A DNA stretch of 64,000 nucleotides from the IMG/VR virus record IMGVR_UViG_3300021365_002389, positions 1-64,000 of that record. The stretch is one strand, 5' to 3'. The notes under the pieces were generated by a model that saw only the letters and a program-made list of their open reading frames with translations, was not told where the DNA came from and did not search any database. The number at the start of each line of letters is the position of its first letter. The first letter of the stretch is position 1. This document shows positions 8,061 through 18,598 of the stretch, one piece after another. This DNA comes from an uncultured virus (IMG/VR IMGVR_UViG_3300021365_002389). Lineage: Duplodnaviria; Heunggongvirae; Uroviricota; Caudoviricetes. Made by a program: the position numbers and the translations under genes.

Positions 8061-9200
8061 TTAATAATCTAGCCGAACTCTTAAAGTAAACTCGTTTGCT
8101 GGTGTTTTCTTAAGTGGTTCACTTAATTTTGCCACCGCCAAAAGCTCATTATCAGGAGAATAAAGTCCGACTGTTGTTATATAAGAAATTGGCTGGTCGC
8201 CCCGAACGTCTTTAACTCGTATTTTACTAGCCGATACATAAGTTGGGTTACTAGAGTAATTAAAGTCGTTGGCGTTCGCACGACACATATAAATTGTAGA
8301 GTTTAATTCTGTCGTATTGTTGAACGAAAGATTTTGAATTCTATTTCTTAGAGCGTCAGCGGCTCCAGATATAGAGGCTGTGGCAAGAACATCCTGCATA
8401 GTGAATGCTGTCGCTGCTGTGTTTCCACTAATCATATTAATATAGCCCTTGTTGACAGGAGGTAAATTACTTCCTGCAAACAGACCATGGTTAAGGAGCC
8501 CGCCACTAAATTCTGAGATAAACAAAGATGAGGTCAAAACTGCTATACCTGCCTGATAATACAGCAGCCCGCAAGCAACTCCGCCGCCGTTAGGCATCGA
8601 GGCTGCTAACACCCCAGTTTGTGATGCGGTTACAAAAAGTATACCATACTCACCAGCAGGAGAATTAGATTTAAATCCATTGGTACCACTAGCGTCCGTT
8701 AATACAAGCTGTCTGGTATTATTAGATCCTGCATTACCCGTGGTATCAACACCCAAGGTCATTGAGAATGTGCCCTTTTGTATCTCGTCTTTTGTTATCA
8801 GCCTAGCAAAATTAACAAAGAAACACTCTTTCAACTTTGCACCAGAGGATAAGTTGCCATCCTCATCAAAGTTTCTAATACTACCAGTTGCATCATGGCC
8901 TACAAGAACTTGTGCCATTTGGTTGTATATTTGTATTTTTTGTGTATTTTGTGTTGCTGCCGATGAGGAAAAGTTCGAAGCCGAGGCATATCCCAATGTA
9001 ATGTCCATTATATGATTAGCTGAAGAGCTAAGAAAAGGATAGTCGTAAACGGACTGAAACATTCCGTGGGCATAGTTTTTGATATTCAGGTCCGTATATG
9101 TTCCTGAAATAACTGTCCCAGTCAAAGGGATTGACTCGTGGAGTTTTGTTCTTGTGTTTTGAATGTCTTGGTTTAAAAGCGATTTAAAAGACGTAGCCAT
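8061..9200 (-). CDS. Virion structural (tail/baseplate) protein, paralog of 6708..8051
   Basis: C-terminus YITTVGLYSPDNELLAVAKLSEPLKK...FTLRVRLDY resembles tail-collar/fibre attachment C-terminal motifs. Confidence 0.6.
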   Translation of the reverse strand: MATSFKSLLNQDIQNTRTKLHESIPLTGTVISGTYTDLNIKNYAHGMFQSVYDYPFLSSSANHIMDITLGYASASNFSSSAATQNTQKIQIYNQMAQVLVGHDATGSIRNFDEDGNLSSGAKLKECFFVNFARLITKDEIQKGTFSMTLGVDTTGNAGSNNTRQLVLTDASGTNGFKSNSPAGEYGILFVTASQTGVLAASMPNGGGVACGLLYYQAGIAVLTSSLFISEFSGGLLNHGLFAGSNLPPVNKGYINMISGNTAATAFTMQDVLATASISGAADALRNRIQNLSFNNTTELNSTIYMCRANANDFNYSSNPTYVSASKIRVKDVRGDQPISYITTVGLYSPDNELLAVAKLSEPLKKTPANEFTLRVRLDY

Positions 9201-9215
9201 ACTTTATACCTTACC

Positions 9216-10253
9216 TTATATCTTTTTAATTAGTCTTAGTGGCACATCAACACGATACCCAGTTGTAAATCCTGTGATTCTTATTACTGTGTCAATAAAC
9301 CTAAATTGTGCCCCACTACCTAAATAGTTAGCGCCAGTTGTGCCGCCCAACTTTGAGAACAAAGTATTACTGGTTGCAACGTCATCGCTTGCCAATAATT
9401 GAACTGCGAACCTACTACCATATCTACCTGTTGTTGATGCATTGCCAATTACACTTAATTTATCAGCATTTTCTTCGTTATTGTTGTCCAACTGATAAGC
9501 TGGTATATCCTTGGGTGCGCTACCATCAGGAGATGCAAAATATTCTGAGTTTGAATTCAAAGAGAAGTAATAAGTTGCAATGTCATCGTCGTCTATGAAT
9601 GACGGACTAGCTTGTGTGCCCGGAGCAGCAGGAGTAGAAACTCGAACAAAACGATAATCTACTTCTACTAAATATTGTGTTTCTTTTAAAGGGTCACCAT
9701 TTGCAAGTTTTCCAGCAGATAGATCGGGAGTATCCAAGCCTTGATCCATGATGATGGGTCTGGACACGTTTGCAAAAGGTGCTCGGCCCCGGATAACCCC
9801 ATCAGCATCAGCTTGTGTTAATAAGGAATTAGCCGTATACGATGAGTTGTTAACATTCGATGTAGCGTGGTCAGCAGTTAAAACATAACCGCCACCAGGA
9901 ATATCAGTATCACTGATTCCCGATGCTAAATCAATTGTTGGGAATTTTTTATTGTTAAGCTTAATCACAGGAAGATAAAGAAGATCACCCCTGGCAAAGG
10001 ATATCAGTTTAGATTTCAACAAAGACGTATTATTAGTAAAAGCCTCCAAGACGGGGCTTTGCAAAATGTTAAGGTCATAAAAGGCTGAACCACTGGGGTG
10101 AGTTAAATTATAGAGATTGTAGTCGATTTCATCGTCGGCTAAAGCAAATTTTGCAATTCTAAAACTACCATCACCAGCCGCAAGTCTTTTTCTTCCTGTG
10201 TCGGTTAACACTGCATCTAAAATTATATCGCCACTGTTATCTAAAAATGCCAT
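9216..10253 (-). CDS. Virion structural protein (baseplate/tail-collar-like N-terminus)
   Basis: MAFLDNSGDIILDAVLTDTGRKRLAAG...FALADDEIDY; GGAG ribosome-binding site upstream; N-terminus shared with 17570..18562. Confidence 0.6.
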   Translation of the reverse strand: MAFLDNSGDIILDAVLTDTGRKRLAAGDGSFRIAKFALADDEIDYNLYNLTHPSGSAFYDLNILQSPVLEAFTNNTSLLKSKLISFARGDLLYLPVIKLNNKKFPTIDLASGISDTDIPGGGYVLTADHATSNVNNSSYTANSLLTQADADGVIRGRAPFANVSRPIIMDQGLDTPDLSAGKLANGDPLKETQYLVEVDYRFVRVSTPAAPGTQASPSFIDDDDIATYYFSLNSNSEYFASPDGSAPKDIPAYQLDNNNEENADKLSVIGNASTTGRYGSRFAVQLLASDDVATSNTLFSKLGGTTGANYLGSGAQFRFIDTVIRITGFTTGYRVDVPLRLIKKI

Positions 10254-10292
10254 TTTTTATCTCCGCTGTAATCCTACAGACATAACATATCT

Positions 10293-10298
10293 TAATTA
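10293..10298 (-). promoter_or_regulatory. Candidate late promoter element TAATTA
   Basis: - strand GAC-TAATTA-AG in the 109-nt gap upstream of 10253; fits the TAnTTA consensus. Confidence 0.4.
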
Positions 10299-10362
10299 GT
10301 CTGCAAATGATAATTTGTATCTATTTTTGAATAAAACAAGATTTTGAGTATCTAACAATGTT

Positions 10363-13300
10363 TTATCTTTCCCTAAAATCAACAACTATATTTATTTTCC
10401 TACCAGTATCCCTAGACACCAATCTGACTAAGAATTTGCTTTCTGTCACTTTATCATCCTCTTCACTAACAAGTCCCTTGCGAGATCTTACTAAGTCACC
10501 AGTATCGTTACGCTCATCAAAAGTTAAGCTCTGAATATCAGCAGCTTTTATCTCTATAAATCTAGCCATTTTTTTAGATGGCTTTGTGTTTTGTACCAAT
10601 GTTTTCTCAGGGTTGTACAATTTTATCTTCGGTATATAAACACCTTCGGAATAAGATAACATAACCTCATATATTTCAGATGGATTAGAAACTTGATTGT
10701 GTCTATCGACACTTCTAAACATATAATAATATTTTTGATTTGGTACCAGCGTATCAACTAAATCTAGTCCACCCTCTTGTAATATTGTCGCATAAAGTTT
10801 ACCTTTAAAGTTATCATAAAGTGATTGATCTTCATCAAAATGAGGTTCTATTGTTTCACTCCTGAAAACTTGGACACTGTGTATTTCCTCTAATCCCTCA
10901 TTTTTAAATCGAACACTACCTTTTTCTAGGTCAAAGTTTGTTAATCTTTTTTGCGTTTTTGATATGTTTTCAAATTGTTCTTTTTCTGCATCTGTCATGG
11001 CAATATATTTTTCAACACGGTTATCATTCATCGGTTGAAAATTCATCAGAACTTGCCTGTAATTGTCTTTATACGGATATATGAAAGCGTTCGGTTGAAC
11101 TGGTGGATTATCGACTACCCTAGCTAGCGGATATGAAACACCACCACCAAAATTATCATTTAATATATTTTCTTCATTCCACTCTTTTGTGAATATCGGG
11201 TATTCAATTACTTTAATATTTGGCAAGGTCTCTACATAGAAATCAAAATACAAAGCCCTGGGGACGTTCGCTGGCCAGCCTCCCCCTGAAGATTCATATG
11301 CATTTGTCCGAAATTTAAATTCTGAACCAAAAACTAACTCATACCCAACTAGTTCGTATTGATATGTCTGTTCGTATTTGACTTGTGTATCAACATACTC
11401 TATAATTTCAGACAATTGCGTGTTAGGAAAATAAAATTCATTAACTAAAGTTTTAGCGGCACCGTCTAAGTTTGTAGTGAATTTTTTTAACTTATACATA
11501 AAAGTTTCACTGTGGGATTCAGTTGATTCATAGACTGAGCTTAGTAAATTTACATACGTTACGGTAACTTCATCTGCTTTTGACTTAACTGCAAGTTTAA
11601 GATTATCAACAAAGTGCTGTCCAGATAAAGTAACAACTTCATTTGGCATTCTCTCTCCGCCGGCTCTATAGCTATTGCCACCAGTTTGTATGCTAGCAAT
11701 GTTCTCGCTCGTTGTTTGTATACCCTCTATCCATGTGTCAAAGTCATAAACAACAGAGTTTCTTCTAATTGCTAAGTTAGCTAACTGAACTCCGTTTTCT
11801 GGTGACTCCACGTCAAAAGGATCTTCTGGATTTACCGGTGCCTGATAGGCGTTACACTTAAATTGAAATTCTTCAGAAACAGTTGATGTCTCAACTAGTA
11901 TATTCATTATCGAGGTACTGGTTCCTGTTTGTTCTATCAGTGCCCCGATGGGTCCAATTGGTCCAGTTGGTACGCCTATCTTCATGCACATGGGAAAAGT
12001 TTTTGATCTAGAATTTAAACGGTTGAATATGTCTATTTCCCCCGCAGGAACGCCAAGATTTCTATACAGTCTAGTTAATTGTGACCCAAGGGATGTAACA
12101 AGTCCAGAACCAATGGCCTCTGCATAACTATCAAGATAAGAGGAAACATTTTCATCGCCAAGACTTGGCAATAATTGTTCAGAAAATTCTCCAAGAGTTA
12201 TTTGCTGTATTGCTTGCGATCGAATAGTTGATGCTCTATCTCCACCTAAGAAATCAACCGAGCCATTATCTGGAGTCTCGGGCAATGTTGTATTTGAAGC
12301 TATTATGTAAGTATAAAAGTTAGGCAACAAAGCATGTGGTATGCTGGATCCAGCAGTTGCTGTTTCGTACTTGGCGTCAAAATAATTATACTCTGGGTCT
12401 ATGTAGCCAAATATTGAGCCGTCAAAGCTACCTCCGGCTTCAGCCATCTTATGTCCGTATAAGTCTCTAGCTACACCTGTATAAGCTTTAAAATTATAGA
12501 AGCTGTAAGACACAAATGTATTTTCGATAACCTCTCTGGCACTTGACGAAGAAAGTCCTGCCATAAAAAGCAACCGGTCTTTTACACTGCCCTCAGTTAT
12601 GTTAAAGTAATCTCTAATAGCTCTATAGAAAACATATCCGTCAGAATTGTAGGGATTTATGTTAAATCTTTCGTCTTCCGCATATGCACGCAAAAAAGAA
12701 TTAACATTGAGTTGCCAGCCACCAATTCCTAGCATTTTTTGCATCTTCAACAAGTCGGCTTGAGGATATGGCTGTCCCTCAGCCGGTATTCTAAAAGAGG
12801 CATTTATCAAACGTGTTGCAGCCTGAGCACCAAAATACTCAACTGGGTCTGGGAAAGCAGCTAGTGCCAAATCATTCATCCTAGCAGGAAAATTAAATTG
12901 TTCTACTTGTCCAAATTCACCTCCCTCATTAGAGGTAAATAAGTTTCTTGGGACACCTGCAAGCTCCTGCTCACTTGGTGGGTTTTCGTCCGCATTGCGA
13001 GGAACCACACCATTGTCGCCAGCAGTAAAAGAAAAGTTCCACTTATTAATTTGCTGTGGTGCATTTTGATATCCCATAGGCATTTGTTCGAATGCATAGC
13101 CGCCCAAAGACCAGTTAACCCTGTCATTGGCTATTGATAGGTCAGTTCCCCTGTATCTAGCTATTTGGGATACTTGATTTGTCGATGGTTCGAATACTTG
13201 GTTCATAGATAATTTGGCATATGCTCGCTGCTGCATGTCGCCTACTACAACACGATATAAGGCATCATCAGAGGGTTTTGTAAATGCACTACCCGCTTGA

Positions 13301-14031
13301 AAATTTAAATGATAATATCTTGTTATAGGATCTAGTGTAGCATCACCAATAGGTCGTTTGGCCATGATCGTTCTTGTTCGACCCTGGGGTCCCTCTTGTT
13401 GCTCCGGGAAGAGTCTGCTTTCACGCTCTCTTTGTCTGCGTCTTTCTCTTGCCTCAATCCTTCGTCGGCGGACTCTATTCAAAGCCCTATCAATGTCTTC
13501 ATCGGTATCATTAGGGGGTATAAGAGCAACTCCGGCTTGCATAAGTCTTCTAAGTTTGCCAGCCCTTGTATCCTCTTCTGCTACAATCTCAAGTCCTCCG
13601 TCAGGTCCGTTTCGGGTAGTTTGTCTTTCTCGTTCAAATTCTTCGGAATCTCTAAAATTGTAGGCTTCTTCTATAAACATTCTTAGCCGCTCGATACCAT
13701 CCTCCGGTATTTCTTGATCTGGATTTCTGGTAAGAAATGTTGAGAAATCCTCAAAAAACCTGAGATTTTTTTGCGCTTTGACAGCATCCCCAGGACCAAA
13801 AGCGCCATCAACCGCTAGACGTAAATAATTTAGGTATAAATCTAGAAATGGTGGTATACCACCTTCACCTGTGCGAATTTGTTGCACAAGAGCAGCAAGA
13901 GTTACGTCTACGCCGGACTTGTCTCTGGGCGGGTCCGCAGGGTCACCTTTTGGCTCCGCCGGTCTGTTCTCGTTATTTCTATCTTGGCGATTATTTAAAT
14001 CATCGTTGCCAAAGTTCCAATTAAAAGGCAT
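10363..14031 (-). CDS. Large hypothetical structural protein with FN3-like C-terminal motifs
   Basis: Long ORF; start revised to ATG 14031 (GGAG upstream, after the stop at 14033). YVDTQVKYEQTYQYELVG and DTLVPNQKYYYMFRSVD...SNPS resemble FN3 strands. Confidence 0.6.
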   Translation of the reverse strand: MPFNWNFGNDDLNNRQDRNNENRPAEPKGDPADPPRDKSGVDVTLAALVQQIRTGEGGIPPFLDLYLNYLRLAVDGAFGPGDAVKAQKNLRFFEDFSTFLTRNPDQEIPEDGIERLRMFIEEAYNFRDSEEFERERQTTRNGPDGGLEIVAEEDTRAGKLRRLMQAGVALIPPNDTDEDIDRALNRVRRRRIEARERRRQRERESRLFPEQQEGPQGRTRTIMAKRPIGDATLDPITRYYHLNFQAGSAFTKPSDDALYRVVVGDMQQRAYAKLSMNQVFEPSTNQVSQIARYRGTDLSIANDRVNWSLGGYAFEQMPMGYQNAPQQINKWNFSFTAGDNGVVPRNADENPPSEQELAGVPRNLFTSNEGGEFGQVEQFNFPARMNDLALAAFPDPVEYFGAQAATRLINASFRIPAEGQPYPQADLLKMQKMLGIGGWQLNVNSFLRAYAEDERFNINPYNSDGYVFYRAIRDYFNITEGSVKDRLLFMAGLSSSSAREVIENTFVSYSFYNFKAYTGVARDLYGHKMAEAGGSFDGSIFGYIDPEYNYFDAKYETATAGSSIPHALLPNFYTYIIASNTTLPETPDNGSVDFLGGDRASTIRSQAIQQITLGEFSEQLLPSLGDENVSSYLDSYAEAIGSGLVTSLGSQLTRLYRNLGVPAGEIDIFNRLNSRSKTFPMCMKIGVPTGPIGPIGALIEQTGTSTSIMNILVETSTVSEEFQFKCNAYQAPVNPEDPFDVESPENGVQLANLAIRRNSVVYDFDTWIEGIQTTSENIASIQTGGNSYRAGGERMPNEVVTLSGQHFVDNLKLAVKSKADEVTVTYVNLLSSVYESTESHSETFMYKLKKFTTNLDGAAKTLVNEFYFPNTQLSEIIEYVDTQVKYEQTYQYELVGYELVFGSEFKFRTNAYESSGGGWPANVPRALYFDFYVETLPNIKVIEYPIFTKEWNEENILNDNFGGGVSYPLARVVDNPPVQPNAFIYPYKDNYRQVLMNFQPMNDNRVEKYIAMTDAEKEQFENISKTQKRLTNFDLEKGSVRFKNEGLEEIHSVQVFRSETIEPHFDEDQSLYDNFKGKLYATILQEGGLDLVDTLVPNQKYYYMFRSVDRHNQVSNPSEIYEVMLSYSEGVYIPKIKLYNPEKTLVQNTKPSKKMARFIEIKAADIQSLTFDERNDTGDLVRSRKGLVSEEDDKVTESKFLVRLVSRDTGRKINIVVDFRER

Positions 14032-14032
14032 A

Positions 14033-17000
14033 CTAGTCTCCAGTCTCACCGTTCAACAGAAAATACCTGTTGTAAATAGGCAAATCAAAAACATCTGATT
14101 TGTCAACAAACGAATTGGCGCTAAATTTATCTACAAAATTATCTGTTGGGGATAAATCCAAATCACCTATGGGTCGAAGCCTACACAAAAACTTCTTATC
14201 TATGTTACTTTCATAAAAAGCTCGTGTAAACTTTCTCCAAACCGGTCTCTTTGCTTTGTAGTAATAACTGTCATCTTCATTTTTTTGAATGTAGTATTTA
14301 GACACTGAGTTTGAATTTACTGAAGAGAACCCTGCCAAATACTCTACACAAGCAAGCTGTTTATAGTTCATCCAGAAAGCTAACATTTTAGCGTACGCTT
14401 TCATGGGGTCACCGGTTCTCTCATAGGGTGGGTACTCGCCCTCGTTAAAGACGGCGGATATATAATTGTTACCTGAAATTTCAACTTTATCTTTTAATTT
14501 GGGACGAACAGCGTCAAACCCATTTCCAAAAGATAATCCTTCATTCATTGTGGCCACAACAATCATGGATTTTAATTGGTTAGGTAAAGATGATGCGACG
14601 CTGCCCTCTAAAATATCTTGAATGTTTTGAGAACTCACGCCTAAAATGCTAGCTAAATTGCTCAAAGAATTAAACTCAATTGAGTTATAGTCTAAAGAGT
14701 TTGTCTCATTCATACCACTATTTACAAACAGTTCACCTAGAATATTAAACATTATTTTTGTTGGCATCTTTTTTTGTTGCGCAGAAACATTATTTCTTTC
14801 ATCATCTTTCTTGAGGTTTTCAAAATCACTATCTATTAGGCTTTTTTCTAGAGCAGATATTGTTTCTTTAGCTGAGGTAACTCCGCCGGATGCAGTGCTG
14901 GCGTCATCTCCTCCTCCGAGTACTGTTGTTCCCACATCTGTGCTTGACTCTTTTTTGGCACCTCTATCAATGACTGTTAAAACATCGTCCCTGATGTTAG
15001 CCGGGTCAAGTTCCGCAAATTGTAAATCAATACTAGGTACCACCTCACAAGATAACATGGTAAAAAGATCTTGTGTTTGTTTCCCTAGCGATGTCTCAAA
15101 GGTATCATTTACAGAATTGTTTTGCAAAAACTGGAACGGTGTTTGTTTTTTGTTAAGCTTTAAAAGATCAACGAACAGTTCAGCATATCGATTAAAATCA
15201 AAGTCAAGGGCATTTTCTTCATCAATCTTGTAAGATGTTTGATCAACTGGTTGTTTACCGTACACACTAATTTTTAACGGTGAATAATAACTAATAGAAG
15301 AATCTGCAAATCCCTCAGTTAAAGCGTTAGGATTGTTGGATCCGGCAATATTAAAGTATTTTGAAAATTCTGTCGAAGCCCTTGATAAGTGTGCTTGTTT
15401 TGATATTCTAGACAAACCCTGCAATGAATTTATAGAGTTTGGCACGTTTGAGGTCAGATAAGAATACCCAGATCCATAATGCTTACCGTAATCACTAGTT
15501 TCTTTAAAGTAATGTTCTGTTCTTAACAAAATATTTTTACTTGAACGTGACGTTTCAATTTTTGATTCTTTAACACTACCATCGACACCCGTATTATTCG
15601 GGTAGTAAGATCTCAACAAAGAGTTCAGTTCGTTAGAAAAAGTCAAAATAAGATCAGCAACATTTTTTATACCATCTGTATCGCCGGCTAAAATTCTTGT
15701 TTCCATATTTGTTCTAGCAATGTTCAGTGCATCAGATCTAATAACGCCAAAATTATCAAGTATTGATACATAAAATTCAATAGCGCCTGTCACAACTTCT
15801 TCGGCGTTAGTTTCGCCCACAGCAATACTAGAAAGCGAGGTTTCAAGCATTTGAGTTTTTTGACTATAGATGCCTGCACCAGGAGGTGAATAAACAATAG
15901 AATCATACACATTGCGAACAGCTTTTTCAAGGGACATCATAGCTGTTTGCACCCTAGTGAGATATAGTAGTGAGGAGTCATGAACTGTCACATTTACGCC
16001 GTACTGACAATCTATATCTGCTTGTGTTTTTTTCTCGGTTCTGTTAAAATACACACCCTCGTATATTTTAATGTAGTCTGTAATACCCTCACTTAAAAAT
16101 ATGTTCCGAACCTCCATTGCCTCGCCTATGTTTTTTTCAAAACCTAACCTGTCATCATAATACGTTTTGCTCGTTTGCACTGACAAATCATTTATTGCTA
16201 CAAATGAATTTTTTTCAACTCTTCTTTTTTTCATTGTTTTAGAAATAACTTTTGATATTTCTCCAAACTCTATAAAATCACCGCCACGAAGTAATTCAGA
16301 GCTTGTGCCATTACTAATGTACAAAAACGGAAACGGGCTATTTTCTGACAAATAGGAGGCCAAATCAAAAGCATAAGAATATCTAGTATTTTCCTCTTGA
16401 TCCTTACATATCCATAAATCTGAGAAATGGTTTTGGTTCTTTATTGTTTGAGATATTGTTCTTTCTCCGCCAATGGCACCGACCATTGTTCGGTAAAAAG
16501 TATCTTGCAATTTGTCTCTTAGGTTGTCGGGTGTTATGTTTTGATCTTGTCGAATATCAGAAAACATTCTGGCATCTGGGTTTTCCGTTGTTGCACTAAT
16601 AGTTGGTCCAGCTACAATATCACCAACTTGTGGTATGTATTTGGTCCTAGTGCCACTAAAAGTTTTTATATCTACAAAACCCATTCCGTTTCGTAATGCT
16701 GATGTGTCTATAGGGGGGTTAGCGGATATGTTAGAATCATATCTCTCCACGAAAGATTGGTAGTCCGAATAGCAATAACAATAAACAGAGAATGCTTGGT
16801 CTAAAAAAGTCTCAATGCCCAAGCTTGCTAAATCGATCTCAAACCCTTTAGAGGATACTATCTCTGCGGTATAATTATCTTGGTTTGTCAGTCTGCCGAC
16901 TTGCCAGGGTAGAGAGTTTAACTTCTTTTTAATAACCTCATTGTTGTCATCGTGAAGCAAGAAGTTTTTCAGCGGGACGTCATGTATCATAACTCCATCC

Positions 17001-17557
17001 ATTACACTGTCATCCACCTGACTATAGTTTAAAATAGGGTTTGGTCCATTTTTTATGGTTCTGGTGACATTTATAGTGTCATAAGGCCCGCCTGAACCCA
17101 TAATAGAATCAAACAATTCAAGAGAGAAAAGTTCATCGTCTTCATTATTAGATACAAAAGAATTATCAACAGCACCCATTAATGACTCATATAATATAGA
17201 GGCTTTGTCGTTGCCTCTAAAGCTCATTTTACCTGCCTGGTATTCGTTAAATCTCTGAGAGAGGAAATCTAGTATTTTTGTTGCCTGAGGGTTAAAAGAT
17301 ATTATGGTCCTAACTCTTAAATCGGGCAAGATATCTTCATTCAAATACCAGTTATTTTCTGGACTGCTCAAGTTTGAAGATATATTGTAAAACTCTAAGT
17401 TTGATTTTAAAACTGGACTACTTGAATTTTTGTTGAAAAGTACCGAGGATTTAAATATGGCAGTTGGAGAATCAGCAGACACATATCCTGTAACACCCGC
17501 AAAAGATGTTGTTGGTGGATTAATAAATCCTGGCGCTGGTAATCTATTATCAACCAT
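14033..17557 (-). CDS. Large hypothetical protein (1174 aa), probable virion structural
   Basis: Long ORF inside the baseplate/tail module; no motif recognised. Confidence 0.55.
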   Translation of the reverse strand: MVDNRLPAPGFINPPTTSFAGVTGYVSADSPTAIFKSSVLFNKNSSSPVLKSNLEFYNISSNLSSPENNWYLNEDILPDLRVRTIISFNPQATKILDFLSQRFNEYQAGKMSFRGNDKASILYESLMGAVDNSFVSNNEDDELFSLELFDSIMGSGGPYDTINVTRTIKNGPNPILNYSQVDDSVMDGVMIHDVPLKNFLLHDDNNEVIKKKLNSLPWQVGRLTNQDNYTAEIVSSKGFEIDLASLGIETFLDQAFSVYCYCYSDYQSFVERYDSNISANPPIDTSALRNGMGFVDIKTFSGTRTKYIPQVGDIVAGPTISATTENPDARMFSDIRQDQNITPDNLRDKLQDTFYRTMVGAIGGERTISQTIKNQNHFSDLWICKDQEENTRYSYAFDLASYLSENSPFPFLYISNGTSSELLRGGDFIEFGEISKVISKTMKKRRVEKNSFVAINDLSVQTSKTYYDDRLGFEKNIGEAMEVRNIFLSEGITDYIKIYEGVYFNRTEKKTQADIDCQYGVNVTVHDSSLLYLTRVQTAMMSLEKAVRNVYDSIVYSPPGAGIYSQKTQMLETSLSSIAVGETNAEEVVTGAIEFYVSILDNFGVIRSDALNIARTNMETRILAGDTDGIKNVADLILTFSNELNSLLRSYYPNNTGVDGSVKESKIETSRSSKNILLRTEHYFKETSDYGKHYGSGYSYLTSNVPNSINSLQGLSRISKQAHLSRASTEFSKYFNIAGSNNPNALTEGFADSSISYYSPLKISVYGKQPVDQTSYKIDEENALDFDFNRYAELFVDLLKLNKKQTPFQFLQNNSVNDTFETSLGKQTQDLFTMLSCEVVPSIDLQFAELDPANIRDDVLTVIDRGAKKESSTDVGTTVLGGGDDASTASGGVTSAKETISALEKSLIDSDFENLKKDDERNNVSAQQKKMPTKIMFNILGELFVNSGMNETNSLDYNSIEFNSLSNLASILGVSSQNIQDILEGSVASSLPNQLKSMIVVATMNEGLSFGNGFDAVRPKLKDKVEISGNNYISAVFNEGEYPPYERTGDPMKAYAKMLAFWMNYKQLACVEYLAGFSSVNSNSVSKYYIQKNEDDSYYYKAKRPVWRKFTRAFYESNIDKKFLCRLRPIGDLDLSPTDNFVDKFSANSFVDKSDVFDLPIYNRYFLLNGETGD

Positions 17558-17569
17558 TATTATCTCTCA

Positions 17570-18562
17570 TTAACACGGATCCTCAGGTATAGTTGTTCTT
17601 CTGTTGCCGTACAAAGGACTACCAGTCGGCAGTGGTTCATCTATCTCGTCATCAACCCTTATCGATAAATAATAATCAACATACGAGTTATCAAGAGTTG
17701 CAAAATATTCTTCTATCTCACCTTCGGTACCATATATTTGACCAGCGAAAGAATAAAAATCTGTTTGTATTCTTAGATCTCCAGCCGCCGGAGACAAATC
17801 GTTTATAAAATGTAGCTTCTCAATCTTTTCATCTCCGCCTGATGTTATTTTATATACTTCTATATCAAAATTACCCTGTTCCTTAAAAACAGAATTTAAT
17901 TCCTCAATATCTAAAAGTAATCTTTCGTTCTTAATAAGCTGATAAGCAGGCCTGTCTACATTAATTCCTTGCTCAGGATCAAAAGCTTGCTCAGTTCTTG
18001 TTCCATATTGTAAATCTAGATTGGCAGTTAGTTTTGGCGTGCCACCTATAGAATAATTGTAATTTTCACTAAATTGTTTGCTACCTGAAATTGATCTCAC
18101 GGACCAAGCTGGTGCAAAATCTTTAAAAGGATCGTTTGAACCTATGGGTTTTTGAAATTTTTCCATATAAATTGGAACACCACGGGTTTGTTCTTCTCCA
18201 TCAGAGGTCCGTGGTCCATTAGGTTGTTCCCCTTGTTCCGACTGGTTAAATTCATTGGATAACGTTCCAAATGAAACCTCTCCTATTTGATTGTTGGTTA
18301 GAAACCCAACAAAATCAGTGGTTAATCCTATTCTTTGTGTGTCTTTTATTCTGTCAACTATCGCATTTTGTGGCTCGCCAAAAACAGGAGATGTAACTGC
18401 TCCACCAATTGTACCTGTTTGGTAATTTGAATCATAAAGAATGTCATCATCATAGAAAGAATAAAATTTAGGATCCAACTTTCCTACAGAAAATAAATGT
18501 TTCCCGTGATTGGTTAATTCAAATTCAATGACCTGCTCTTTTTTATCTAAAAATAATACCAT
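17570..18562 (-). CDS. Virion structural protein; N-terminus paralogous to 9216..10253
   Basis: FLD...IEFELTNHGKHLFSVG...YSFYDDDILY versus FLD...ILDAVLTDTGRKRLAAG...FALADDEIDY. Confidence 0.55.
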   Translation of the reverse strand: MVLFLDKKEQVIEFELTNHGKHLFSVGKLDPKFYSFYDDDILYDSNYQTGTIGGAVTSPVFGEPQNAIVDRIKDTQRIGLTTDFVGFLTNNQIGEVSFGTLSNEFNQSEQGEQPNGPRTSDGEEQTRGVPIYMEKFQKPIGSNDPFKDFAPAWSVRSISGSKQFSENYNYSIGGTPKLTANLDLQYGTRTEQAFDPEQGINVDRPAYQLIKNERLLLDIEELNSVFKEQGNFDIEVYKITSGGDEKIEKLHFINDLSPAAGDLRIQTDFYSFAGQIYGTEGEIEEYFATLDNSYVDYYLSIRVDDEIDEPLPTGSPLYGNRRTTIPEDPC

Positions 18563-18566
18563 ACAA

Positions 18567-18572
18567 TAAATA
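18567..18572 (-). promoter_or_regulatory. Candidate late promoter element TATTTA, 4 nt upstream of ATG 18562
   Basis: - strand GAG-TATTTA-TTGT-ATG; same spacing as at 6107-6112. Confidence 0.5.
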
Positions 18573-18598
18573 CTCTACAATAAAATTATTACCTTTTA

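Noticed and set aside
10331..10366. Inverted repeat ataaaaca...tgttttat (and aataaaa...ttttatt at 18579-18600) as terminators
   Set aside because: The stems are almost all A/T with no GC-rich core, so they are too weak to call intrinsic terminators.
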